From: Candidatus Omnitrophota bacterium
GTDB lineage: Bacteria; Omnitrophota; Omnitrophia; Omnitrophales; Aquincolibacteriaceae
Direction: 5' to 3'
Length of the DNA stretch: 64,000 nt
Assembly: GCA_003140935.1 (NCBI GenBank)
Contig: PLLJ01000021.1
Location: forward strand, 4,555-68,554
Positions 56,901 to 64,000 of this stretch are shown one piece after another; position 1 is the first letter of the stretch; each line of letters starts with the position of its first letter. The notes under the pieces were generated by a model that worked only from the letters and a program-made list of their open reading frames with translations, did not search any database and was not told the DNA's origin. Made by a program: the position numbers and the translations under genes.

Positions 56901-57887
56901 ATGCAAGAACTAAAAAATAAACTAAATGAGATAGCTCAGCAGCTTAAAAAAGGAGTTTCACCTGCAAGAATGAGTGCGCGTGACATCCTGAAATTGCTTA
57001 ATTCTTCTCGACGGGGGAGCAATGTCAATTCTTTGGTAAGAAGCGCTTTGGAAAAAGCCGGTCTTCAAACTCAGCCTGATTTTGAATGGGCATATATTGA
57101 TGGTGCCATTAAATTCGTTGCAATTGGATCTGACGAGGATCGACAGGCTATAGCTACAACTTACCGAATTGACGGGCTGGGGTCGGCGCATCGCAAACCA
57201 GTTTCGATTAAGCCAGATAGTTCGCTTAATGAGGCGACCACTATAATGATGGCTAATAATTTTTCCCAATTACCTGTCATGACTACTGAACGCGAAGTAA
57301 AGGGTGCTATCAGTTGGAAATCAATTGGGTGTCGGTTGTCATTAGGTAAAAAGTGTACGGTAGTGCGAGAATGCATGGATTCCGCTAAAATAATAGGAAT
57401 GGAATCCTCCCTTTTCGAGGCAATAAAAATAATAGCAGAACATGATTATGTGTTAGTTCAATCGCAAGAGAAAATTATATGTGGCATAGTTACGGCAAGT
57501 GATCTAAGCCAACAATTTAGTGATTTGGCCGAACCTTTCGTGTTGATAGGCGAATGCGAGAATTTCATACGCCGTCTTATTCATGGAAAGTTCTGCGTGG
57601 AGGAGCTAGATGGAGCAAAGAATCCCAATGAGCTGAGTCGCGTAGTGGAGGGGGTAGCGGATTTGACATTTGGAGAATATGTGCGATTGCTTGAAGATGA
57701 AAAACGTTGGGACAAATTGAAGCTCTCTGTAGATCGGTGCGAATTTATCAAATGGCTGAACAGGGTTCGAAACATTAGGAATGATGTAATGCATTTCGAT
57801 CCGCAGGGCGCCGACCCTGTAGCTATGCAAGCATTAAGAGAGTTCGTGCATTTCTTACAGGAGTTACGTCGTCTTGTTGTGCTGTAA
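56901..57887 (+). CDS. CBS-pair domain protein with C-terminal HEPN-like (Rx4-6H) region
   Basis: Two CBS motifs (KPDSSLNEATTIMMANNFSQLPVM..., ...IIGMESSLFEAIKIIAEHDYVLVQSQEKIICGIVTASDL). C-terminal NRVRNIRNDVMHFDP contains an R-x4-H HEPN-type motif. Confidence 0.5.
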   Translation: MQELKNKLNEIAQQLKKGVSPARMSARDILKLLNSSRRGSNVNSLVRSALEKAGLQTQPDFEWAYIDGAIKFVAIGSDEDRQAIATTYRIDGLGSAHRKPVSIKPDSSLNEATTIMMANNFSQLPVMTTEREVKGAISWKSIGCRLSLGKKCTVVRECMDSAKIIGMESSLFEAIKIIAEHDYVLVQSQEKIICGIVTASDLSQQFSDLAEPFVLIGECENFIRRLIHGKFCVEELDGAKNPNELSRVVEGVADLTFGEYVRLLEDEKRWDKLKLSVDRCEFIKWLNRVRNIRNDVMHFDPQGADPVAMQALREFVHFLQELRRLVVL

Positions 57888-57980
57888 ATAAGGGGATGCT
57901 AAGTGCTTGCCCGCCGCCGATTTTTGGCAGGGGGGGGCACCGTCCGGGTTACGTGAAATTAAAATAAAGGCAAATATGTT

Positions 57981-59417
57981 ATGAAAAAATATGAGAAGCT
58001 CGATCAGTTTTTCGAACGGGTAAAAAATTTAGGTTTTTGGCAAAGAATCTTCAGTTGGCGGCTCGTGCAAAGTTTGAGCTACGAGGCTTTTGAGGAGTAC
58101 AAAAATCTAATCCATTTGGTAGTGAGTAGTGAGGAACAGCTAGCTACTTCTTCCAATAAGATCGACTTGCTAAATAACGACAATTCCCATATCAAATCCG
58201 AGTCCGTGAAACTGCAAAGCTCACTGGATATTTCGAATACAAAACTTACTTCTGTAGAGACAGCACTTTCCGCCCATAAAGCCGCTTTAGCTTCCAGAGA
58301 AGAGACTATAAAACAGTCAGATAAAAAAATAATCGAACAGCAAGCAGAATTAAAATCATTGAAGGAAAAACACACATCCGTAGAAACCATGCTTTCCAGC
58401 GCTGAGGCTACTTTGGCCTCAAGAGAGGAAAATATAAAACAGTCCGAGAAAAAAGCAGCCGAGCAACAAGCCGAATTAAAATCCTCAAAAGAAAATGCGA
58501 GATCTCTACAAGAAGAGCTCGCTGTTCTCAAGGAAGAAAACGCAATTTTTAAAAGTACAGAAAATGATAGAAATCAAAGTTACGAAACCAAGATCGCAAC
58601 GCTTGGCGCAATCACATCGCAAGTTCAAAAAGAGCGCGAAGTGGAGAAACAGAAAAATCTGGAAAAAGAAATTCAGCGCCTTACTGCAATGAAAGAAACA
58701 TGGGCAAGACATCAGGCGAGTGTTCAAGAAGCCATTAAAATGATATGTCAGAAGCATACAATCGAGTACATAGACCAAGTTCCTTTTAAAGGGAAGCCCG
58801 ATAATACCATTCAAATAAGTGACGAATACATTATTTTTGATGCGAAAAGCCCTTCCTCCGACGATCTAAAAAATTTTCCAATCTATATTAAAACTCAAAC
58901 AGAATCAGTAAAAAAATACATTAAAGAAGCGAATGTGCGTAAAGATATATTTCTTGTGATCCCTTCTAATGCAGTTGACGTCATTGATAACTTTAGCTTC
59001 AACATGGCTGACTATAATGTGTACGTTGTAACGATAGATGTACTAGAGCCCTTAATCCTTGCTCTTAGAAAAATCGAAGACTATGAATTTGTTGAACAAT
59101 TAACCCCGGAAGATCGAGAAAATATTTGCAGAATAATCGGAAAATTCGCACATATTACTAAACGAAAAATACAAGTTGATTTTTTCTTCACAAAAGAATT
59201 GATGGGTGTTCTTAAGAAATGTGAAGCAAATTTGCCTTCAGACATTATGGGAAAAGTGGTGGAGTATGAAAAATCTGAAAAAATAAATCCTCCTCGCGAA
59301 GCACGGTCAAAGCAAATTCTAACAAAAGAGTTGGAAGTAGAAAGCGAAACCATTCAATCTAGTTTTAAAGGTCTTCCACTCAACGAGAACGATGAGACTG
59401 TCCCAAGCCACCCTTAA
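57981..59417 (+). CDS. RmuC-like coiled-coil protein (DNA recombination protein RmuC family)
   Basis: A long N-terminal coiled coil with a ~42-aa tandem repeat. The C-terminal region has the RmuC-like motif KPDNTIQISDEYIIFDAKS. Confidence 0.55.
   Translation: MKKYEKLDQFFERVKNLGFWQRIFSWRLVQSLSYEAFEEYKNLIHLVVSSEEQLATSSNKIDLLNNDNSHIKSESVKLQSSLDISNTKLTSVETALSAHKAALASREETIKQSDKKIIEQQAELKSLKEKHTSVETMLSSAEATLASREENIKQSEKKAAEQQAELKSSKENARSLQEELAVLKEENAIFKSTENDRNQSYETKIATLGAITSQVQKEREVEKQKNLEKEIQRLTAMKETWARHQASVQEAIKMICQKHTIEYIDQVPFKGKPDNTIQISDEYIIFDAKSPSSDDLKNFPIYIKTQTESVKKYIKEANVRKDIFLVIPSNAVDVIDNFSFNMADYNVYVVTIDVLEPLILALRKIEDYEFVEQLTPEDRENICRIIGKFAHITKRKIQVDFFFTKELMGVLKKCEANLPSDIMGKVVEYEKSEKINPPREARSKQILTKELEVESETIQSSFKGLPLNENDETVPSHP
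58245..58500 (+). repeat. Two tandem ~126-bp imperfect direct repeats inside the RmuC-like gene (coding 42-aa coiled-coil units)
   Basis: ...TSVETALSAHKAALASREETIKQSDKKIIEQQAELKSLKEK / ...TSVETMLSSAEATLASREENIKQSEKKAAEQQAELKSSKEN, with a matching DNA-level repeat. Confidence 0.7.
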
Positions 59418-59597
59418 ACCACACACAGATGACAGAAACGGTTCTGGCGGGGACAGTTTGGTCGTGGATATGTCCCGCTGAGAACCGATCCAATTTGCAG
59501 GCATGTGCGGAGATTTGGAAGGATTGGCTGGTATGGCTTTTACCGCAAATAAAAATATTAAAATTACCAAATTCTAATCAGGCTTCAAAGGAATAAA

Positions 59598-59813
59598 ATG
59601 CGCCGTGATCCCGTTAGTTCGTCCGACATTGAATCAATCGGTTACGATGAAGGGACTCAAACTCTAGAAATTGAATTTAAAAGAGGGAGTGCTTATCAAT
59701 ATTTTGCTGTTCCGCGAGAGGTGTATGAAGCAATGATGGCTAGTTCATCATGCGGAAAATTTTTTTATTCAAACATCAAAGACAATTATTCAAGTTCAAA
59801 GGTTTCTAGATGA
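59598..59813 (+). CDS. KTSC domain protein
   Basis: IESIGYDEGTQTLEIEFKRGSAYQYFAVPREVYEAMMASSSCGKFFYSNIKDNY matches the KTSC domain consensus. The stop overlaps the start of the OLD-family gene (ATGA). Confidence 0.7.
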   Translation: MRRDPVSSSDIESIGYDEGTQTLEIEFKRGSAYQYFAVPREVYEAMMASSSCGKFFYSNIKDNYSSSKVSR

Positions 59814-61561
59814 AAATAATATCTTTTGCCGTCGATAATTTCCGCGGAATATCCGGGGGGTTAGAACGAAATATCATTTACTTTGATAATTCCAACACAT
59901 TATTAATCTTTGGCCAAAACAATACCGGCAAGTCAGCATTCCTGCATGCCTACGAGTATTTCTTCTATAATACCCATCCCTCGTTAGAAGATTTTTATCT
60001 GCAAGATCCCAATAATAAGATAAGTTTTGAATTGGAAGTCGAATTATCTGATGCAGACAAGGGCATACTTGAGCAAAAGAGTAAGAAAGCAAGCTACATG
60101 TTTCAAAATTATTTATCGAAAGATGGAAGATTAAAGATGCAGAAAATATGGGGTTCGGAAGACGTCAAAACGAAATCTAAAACTTATAAGGAAACCAATA
60201 GAACTTTTAGCCCCAAAACCTCTGATTGGGATGACAAATATTATGGTGGGATAGGGCTACATGAGGTTTTTCAAGAAAGCTTGCCCAAACCAATTCATAT
60301 AAAGGCTATGCCCACCGAGGAAGAGACTGAAAAAATCGTGAATCAAATTTTAGCGATTAGGGCCGAAGAGTTTTTAAAAGATGCCGCGAATCAGAAATAC
60401 AAGGATGCGATAGAGGCCATTAAAGAATTGAAAGAAAAGATGTATGACCCAGAAAGAATTCAACAATACAAGACTCACGTTAACGAGCAATTTCAAAAGC
60501 TATTTTCGGATACACAAATTGAATTAGATCCAAAAGAGAAAAAAAATAATTTGACCATGAGTATTGTAGGCAGAGACTATGGAGTCAAATTTTATAGACT
60601 TAACAGCGACAAAGGTATTAACGAAGCCATTCCAAGTTCATATCATAAAATAGGACATGGAGCAATTCGAACGGCAATATTTACTTTATTTCTCATGAGG
60701 GATATTGCTGAAGGATATGAGCGCAAAATGGGGCGGAAGAATTATTTAGTTCTTTTTGAGGAGCCGGAGCTTTTTTTACACCCAAAACTAATAAAAATAC
60801 TTCGAAGTTTAATCTATCAAATAAGTCAAGATGACCTGCCTTTTCAGATTCTATGCGCTTCTCACTCTCCACAGATGATAGATATTACCAAGTCAAAGTC
60901 ATCGCTGATTCGTATGACCAAGACAGACGGGAAGACCAGATTGTTTCAAATTGACGAAACGATATTAATGGATAAGGCTAAGATGGAAGTGAAGCACGAG
61001 CTTTATGAAGCTTTGCGGTTTAATCCGTACATTTGCGAATCATTTTATGCTGACGAAATAATATTAGTTGAAGGAGATTCCGAAGCGGTAATTTTGCGTG
61101 CATTTTTGCAAACAGCTAAAACTAGCAAGGATATTTTTGTACTGAACTGCGGCACTGTAAATAATATTCCATTTTTTCAGAAAATCTTTTCAAAATTTAA
61201 TATAAAATATCATGTGTTTTGCGATACAGATGGTCGTTTTAATGGAAAATTCGACCAGAATAAACAACCAATTTTTGAAAAATTTATACAGGGAAAAATA
61301 TATGAACAAATTAATGAAGATGTCAAAAAGACTGGCTACCGAGTAGGAATTTTAAGAGTGCATGATAAAAATTTTGAAGAAGCTCATCGGTTAATTGGCT
61401 CGAATTTGAAATATCCTTTTTCTGATGATGAGATTAAACAAGATGGTAAGCCATTTTGTGCCAATAGATATTGGGATGATGTATTGAAACCTAATCTGGG
61501 GCGTTCTGAGATTGATAATGTCCCGATAATTAAGTATTTAAAAGAAATGTTGGCTCATTGA
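59810..61561 (+). CDS. OLD family ATP-dependent endonuclease (ABC-type ATPase + TOPRIM)
   Basis: N-terminal FAVDNFRGISG...LLIFGQNNTGKS (Walker A), ...LFEEPELFLHP (Walker B/D-loop region). C-terminal TOPRIM IILVEGDSEAVILRAF with a downstream VFCDTDG (DxD). 583 aa. Confidence 0.8.
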   Translation: MKIISFAVDNFRGISGGLERNIIYFDNSNTLLIFGQNNTGKSAFLHAYEYFFYNTHPSLEDFYLQDPNNKISFELEVELSDADKGILEQKSKKASYMFQNYLSKDGRLKMQKIWGSEDVKTKSKTYKETNRTFSPKTSDWDDKYYGGIGLHEVFQESLPKPIHIKAMPTEEETEKIVNQILAIRAEEFLKDAANQKYKDAIEAIKELKEKMYDPERIQQYKTHVNEQFQKLFSDTQIELDPKEKKNNLTMSIVGRDYGVKFYRLNSDKGINEAIPSSYHKIGHGAIRTAIFTLFLMRDIAEGYERKMGRKNYLVLFEEPELFLHPKLIKILRSLIYQISQDDLPFQILCASHSPQMIDITKSKSSLIRMTKTDGKTRLFQIDETILMDKAKMEVKHELYEALRFNPYICESFYADEIILVEGDSEAVILRAFLQTAKTSKDIFVLNCGTVNNIPFFQKIFSKFNIKYHVFCDTDGRFNGKFDQNKQPIFEKFIQGKIYEQINEDVKKTGYRVGILRVHDKNFEEAHRLIGSNLKYPFSDDEIKQDGKPFCANRYWDDVLKPNLGRSEIDNVPIIKYLKEMLAH

Positions 61562-61579
61562 TCGCGCCTGTTTCATTGT

Positions 61580-62326
61580 TTGGTCAACTATTGTATGGGC
61601 ATTCTTAGTTATAAGATTGAACGATTAGAAAAAGTAATAGCGTGGGGTCGCTATCTTCATTGGTGTGATCTTCATCGTAAACGGTTTCAAAAATGGATAG
61701 AGATCCCTCATGATGTTTCGGATGCCATAGATGGTTGGCATTTTGTCGCTCTTGCCTCGCAGTGGTATGCGAGTCTTTGGGTGGTGATAGAAGGCTGGGC
61801 TGAGGCCAAATTAAAAGATCAAGCAATTGATGAGCTTTTGGAAAAAACAAAGAACAATAATTCTCTCTTAAAAAGGTATCGTAATGGGATTTATCATTTT
61901 CAACCGTCTTTATTAGAACCACGGCTTGTAGATTTTTTAAAAGAATCAGAAAAAAATGTTATGTGGATTCATGCTATGCATTTTGAATTTCTGAGGTTTT
62001 TCTGGAATTATGTGCATAGCATCCCAGGAAATAAAAATAAGCAGGAGTTCCATGAGCAAGTCATTGCAATACTTGGATGGATGCCCACGGATATTCCTGA
62101 TGCTTATCAGTGGGATGTTGAGCAATTATGTAATGAGGCAAACACATTAGTTTACTCTTCAGATGATGCGTCTTCTACGGATTCAAAGGAGCTTCTTTCT
62201 GCCGCATCTGATGCCTGCGTACAAGTCGAGAAAGGAGCTGAGCGATATAGAGAGTGGATTCAAGATTTAATAGACGCAATTAAAACCAATAAGACGGTTA
62301 ATCATATCAGCAACATTAGACCATGA
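61580..62326 (+). CDS. Hypothetical protein (248 aa), candidate partner of the OLD-family nuclease
   Basis: Begins 19 nt after the OLD gene stop on the same strand. No recognisable motif. Trp/His-rich helical protein. Confidence 0.5.
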   Translation: MVNYCMGILSYKIERLEKVIAWGRYLHWCDLHRKRFQKWIEIPHDVSDAIDGWHFVALASQWYASLWVVIEGWAEAKLKDQAIDELLEKTKNNNSLLKRYRNGIYHFQPSLLEPRLVDFLKESEKNVMWIHAMHFEFLRFFWNYVHSIPGNKNKQEFHEQVIAILGWMPTDIPDAYQWDVEQLCNEANTLVYSSDDASSTDSKELLSAASDACVQVEKGAERYREWIQDLIDAIKTNKTVNHISNIRP

Positions 62327-62442
62327 GACTATCAGAAAACGAAAAAAGAGATGCGGTGAAGTTGCTTCAAGAAGGCAAACCCCTGCCTGAGAAGTACCGT
62401 TTTCTTTTGTTTCAGGATGACCGGGAAGGTGAGCTTGGATAA
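62323..62442 (+). CDS. Possible 39-aa small ORF translationally coupled (ATGA) to the preceding gene
   Basis: ATG at 62323 overlaps the TGA of the 248-aa gene. Encodes MRLSENEKRDAVKLLQEGKPLPEKYRFLLFQDDREGELG. Not in the supplied track because it is under 60 aa. Confidence 0.25.
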   Translation: MRLSENEKRDAVKLLQEGKPLPEKYRFLLFQDDREGELG

Positions 62443-62611
62443 CCGGACGGCGTCCAATGAATGGGGAGGGGTAAGTCCGTTGAATGTACCAAACCCCAAT
62501 GGTTTGGTGCGGCTTTGGCGGGAGCCCGATGCTTCTGTTCGATCCGTGTGTCAGAAATAGCCATCACTTTTGCACGCAGTATCTTTGTGATAGTTTAAGA
62601 GCTGGAACGTC

Positions 62612-63295
62612 ATGGATAAAAAAAACCTTAGCGATTTCATCAAACATATTATATTCCTAAGTTCGGAGCTTGGGATAGTTTTAACCAAAACGCCTCTTAT
62701 AAAACTTCTCTATCTAATTGATGTTGAGTACTATCGTGCTACCGGAGAAAAATTAACTAACATCGATTGGATTTTTTATAAATATGGTCCCTATGCTTTT
62801 GAGTTAGAAGGAATTTTAACTGGCATGGGTCTCTCTGAAGAAATAGAAAGCACGACTTTTTCTTCTCCCCAAGGGAAAGGAGTTGCTTTCAGATCATCTC
62901 ATGGCGTTAATTTTCCGCTCAAAGATCCCGTCGCTCGCGGAATTGCTCAAGATATAGTTCGGAATTGGACAGATAAAGAGTTGAATGAATTGCTTAACTA
63001 TGTTTATTTTTACACTGAACCCATGAAATATGCAAAGTGTCGAGGAGAGAAGTTGGATTTTTCAAAAATTAATAGGGAACGAGAAAAAATATATGAAATA
63101 AAATTGAATCAAAATAAATTGGATGATTTAAACGCGAAATTGCGTGCTTTAGGTAATGCGCCAAAAATCAAAGAAAAGATGAAGGCGTTCATTAACTATG
63201 GCGTAAGAAACACATACTATTGGCCAGAGGATGATATTAATCTAAGCGGTAACGTTCTCATTGATCCTTCATGCGGTGAGGACAATGATGAGTAA
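62612..63295 (+). CDS. Panacea-domain (DUF4065, SocA-like) putative antitoxin
   Basis: KLLYLIDVEYYRATGEKLTNIDWIFYKYGPY fits the Panacea/DUF4065 pattern (KLxKLLY...G...F..W..GPV). 227 aa. Confidence 0.6.
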   Translation: MDKKNLSDFIKHIIFLSSELGIVLTKTPLIKLLYLIDVEYYRATGEKLTNIDWIFYKYGPYAFELEGILTGMGLSEEIESTTFSSPQGKGVAFRSSHGVNFPLKDPVARGIAQDIVRNWTDKELNELLNYVYFYTEPMKYAKCRGEKLDFSKINREREKIYEIKLNQNKLDDLNAKLRALGNAPKIKEKMKAFINYGVRNTYYWPEDDINLSGNVLIDPSCGEDNDE

Positions 63296-64000
63296 AAAAG
63301 GATTAAAGCAGATATTTCCAGCTAATTTTTATTCCGAAATTGATCATGCGCATGATTTTTACGTTGGGCAGATTTGCTTTGCACACACAGTGCGGCCGAA
63401 CCGAGTTCCTACCTTTCTTTCACCAGTAAAACAGGCGGAAGTAGATGGCGGGGAAGATCTCTTTAAACTGATAAGTAGTCAAGGCGGTGTTCCAAAATCC
63501 CACCTCCCAATACATAAATTTAAACTAGAAAATGACGAATTTTTTTATGTTCAGCGTGGGAAAATACGTCCCGTTGTTATTTTGGCGAGAGCCTCAGAGA
63601 AAAATTGGATTCAAGGCAAAATAAAGGGCGCTGTGTATTTATGCACCCCCATTTATTCGATAAGACCGGATCAGGGCCAAGATTTTGTTGTTCGTGTTCA
63701 AACGTATCAAATGGCGAACCTTTTTTACTTGCCAGAGTCGCCCAAGGGGATCGAAGAAGAAGGAATAGTTCGGTTCGAGATGTTGCAACCCGTCCACGAC
63801 TCTTGCCTGCAAAGGATGAAAAATATTAGTCGCAATTTCGTATGTCTTCACGAGGATGCTTTAAAATTATTTTTGAATCAGTATCATAAATTCACCACTG
63901 GAGTTCCCATCGATCCTTCAATAGATGAAATCGCCACTTTGTATGCACAAGATGTTTTAACCGAATTTGAAGTGATTAAGGCTCAAGAGAAGATGTCGGC
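63285..64000 (+). CDS. Unannotated ORF (at least 238 aa, runs off the window end) overlapping the Panacea gene by 11 nt; candidate cognate toxin
   Basis: From the ATGATG at 63285-63290 the +1 frame has no stop to position 64000. The predicted protein starts MMSKKGLKQIFPANFYSEIDHAHDFYVGQICFAH. It is absent from the track because no stop falls inside the window. Confidence 0.45.
   Translation, partial: MMSKKGLKQIFPANFYSEIDHAHDFYVGQICFAHTVRPNRVPTFLSPVKQAEVDGGEDLFKLISSQGGVPKSHLPIHKFKLENDEFFYVQRGKIRPVVILARASEKNWIQGKIKGAVYLCTPIYSIRPDQGQDFVVRVQTYQMANLFYLPESPKGIEEEGIVRFEMLQPVHDSCLQRMKNISRNFVCLHEDALKLFLNQYHKFTTGVPIDPSIDEIATLYAQDVLTEFEVIKAQEKMS

Larger units (their letters stand above)
53184..64000. 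mobile_element. AT-rich integrated genomic island (left end at tRNA-Asn; right end beyond window) carrying defence/toxin-antitoxin genes
   Basis: Abrupt drop in GC from ~54.9 kb onward. tRNA 3'-end target with an adjacent serine recombinase. Cargo consists of AbiE, HEPN, OLD and Panacea-type genes. Confidence 0.6.

Noticed and set aside
58245-58500. Possibility that the 126-bp tandem repeats are a CRISPR-like or non-coding array. The 18-bp repeat at 6682-6717 was considered the same way.
   Set aside because: Both are in frame within long ORFs, imperfect, present in only two copies, and have no spacer structure. They are coding tandem duplications.
63605-63829. 74-aa ORF in the track. An antisense 70-aa ORF at 63639..63851 was considered the same way.
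   Set aside because: Both lie within, and out of frame or antisense to, the longer open frame starting at 63285 that continues to the window end. That longer frame is preferred.

Overview
This 64 kb window comes from a GC-rich bacterial chromosome (roughly mid-50s % GC by eye). Its last ~11 kb is clearly AT-richer and gene-dense with defence-type genes. From the left, a partial upstream ORF is followed by an AT-rich gap and then one uninterrupted 11.2 kb ORF (460-11694) encoding a 3744-aa protein with a signal peptide and an embedded class I SAM-methyltransferase-like segment. Giant genes of this kind, together with an MqnA/MqnD-family (futalosine-route menaquinone) gene and a split transketolase, are loosely reminiscent of Omnitrophota-like candidate lineages; this is inference only. 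The 12-41 kb stretch is housekeeping: GIY-YIG nuclease, SemiSWEET-like protein, PIG-L deacetylase, M24 peptidase, split transketolase, gamma-glutamyltransferase, NUDIX, ArsC/Spx, BI-1, a GldA/F/G-like ABC transporter, thyA-folA, MBL-fold hydrolase, TPR protein, superoxide dismutase, YgiQ radical SAM, HI0933-like flavoprotein, RlmD-like methyltransferase, LpxL-like acyltransferase, Fe-ADH, cupin, homospermidine-synthase-like enzyme, ICMT-like methyltransferase, secreted MsrB-MsrA, MFS and DAACS transporters. The most interesting locus is a six-gene membrane-complex operon at 42.7-50.4 kb with hyf-type gene order (HyfB, HyfC, HyfE, HyfF, large subunit, ferredoxin plus small subunit). Its NuoC/NuoD-type large subunit has lost all four [NiFe]-ligating cysteines, while its fused HycF-HycG subunit keeps every Fe-S ligand. 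This is an energy-converting-hydrogenase-related (Ehr-like) complex I relative, preceded by an orphan CheY-like regulator and a good sigma70-type promoter. After pnpOx-like, hemW and gpmA, a tRNA-Asn(GTT) at 53150-53225 is overlapped at its 3' end by a large serine recombinase gene. This marks the left border of an AT-rich island that runs past the window end. The island carries AbiEi/AbiEii, a CBS-pair/HEPN-like protein, an RmuC-like coiled-coil protein, a KTSC/OLD-nuclease/unknown/mini-ORF cassette and a Panacea-domain gene overlapping an unannotated downstream ORF. I also see a ~80 bp palindromic intergenic repeat family (two copies), a 20-bp-arm inverted repeat in the divergent region upstream of the transketolase genes, and in-frame tandem duplications. 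No rRNA genes or CRISPR arrays were seen. Many antisense ORFs in the supplied track are GC-driven shadow ORFs and were not called.
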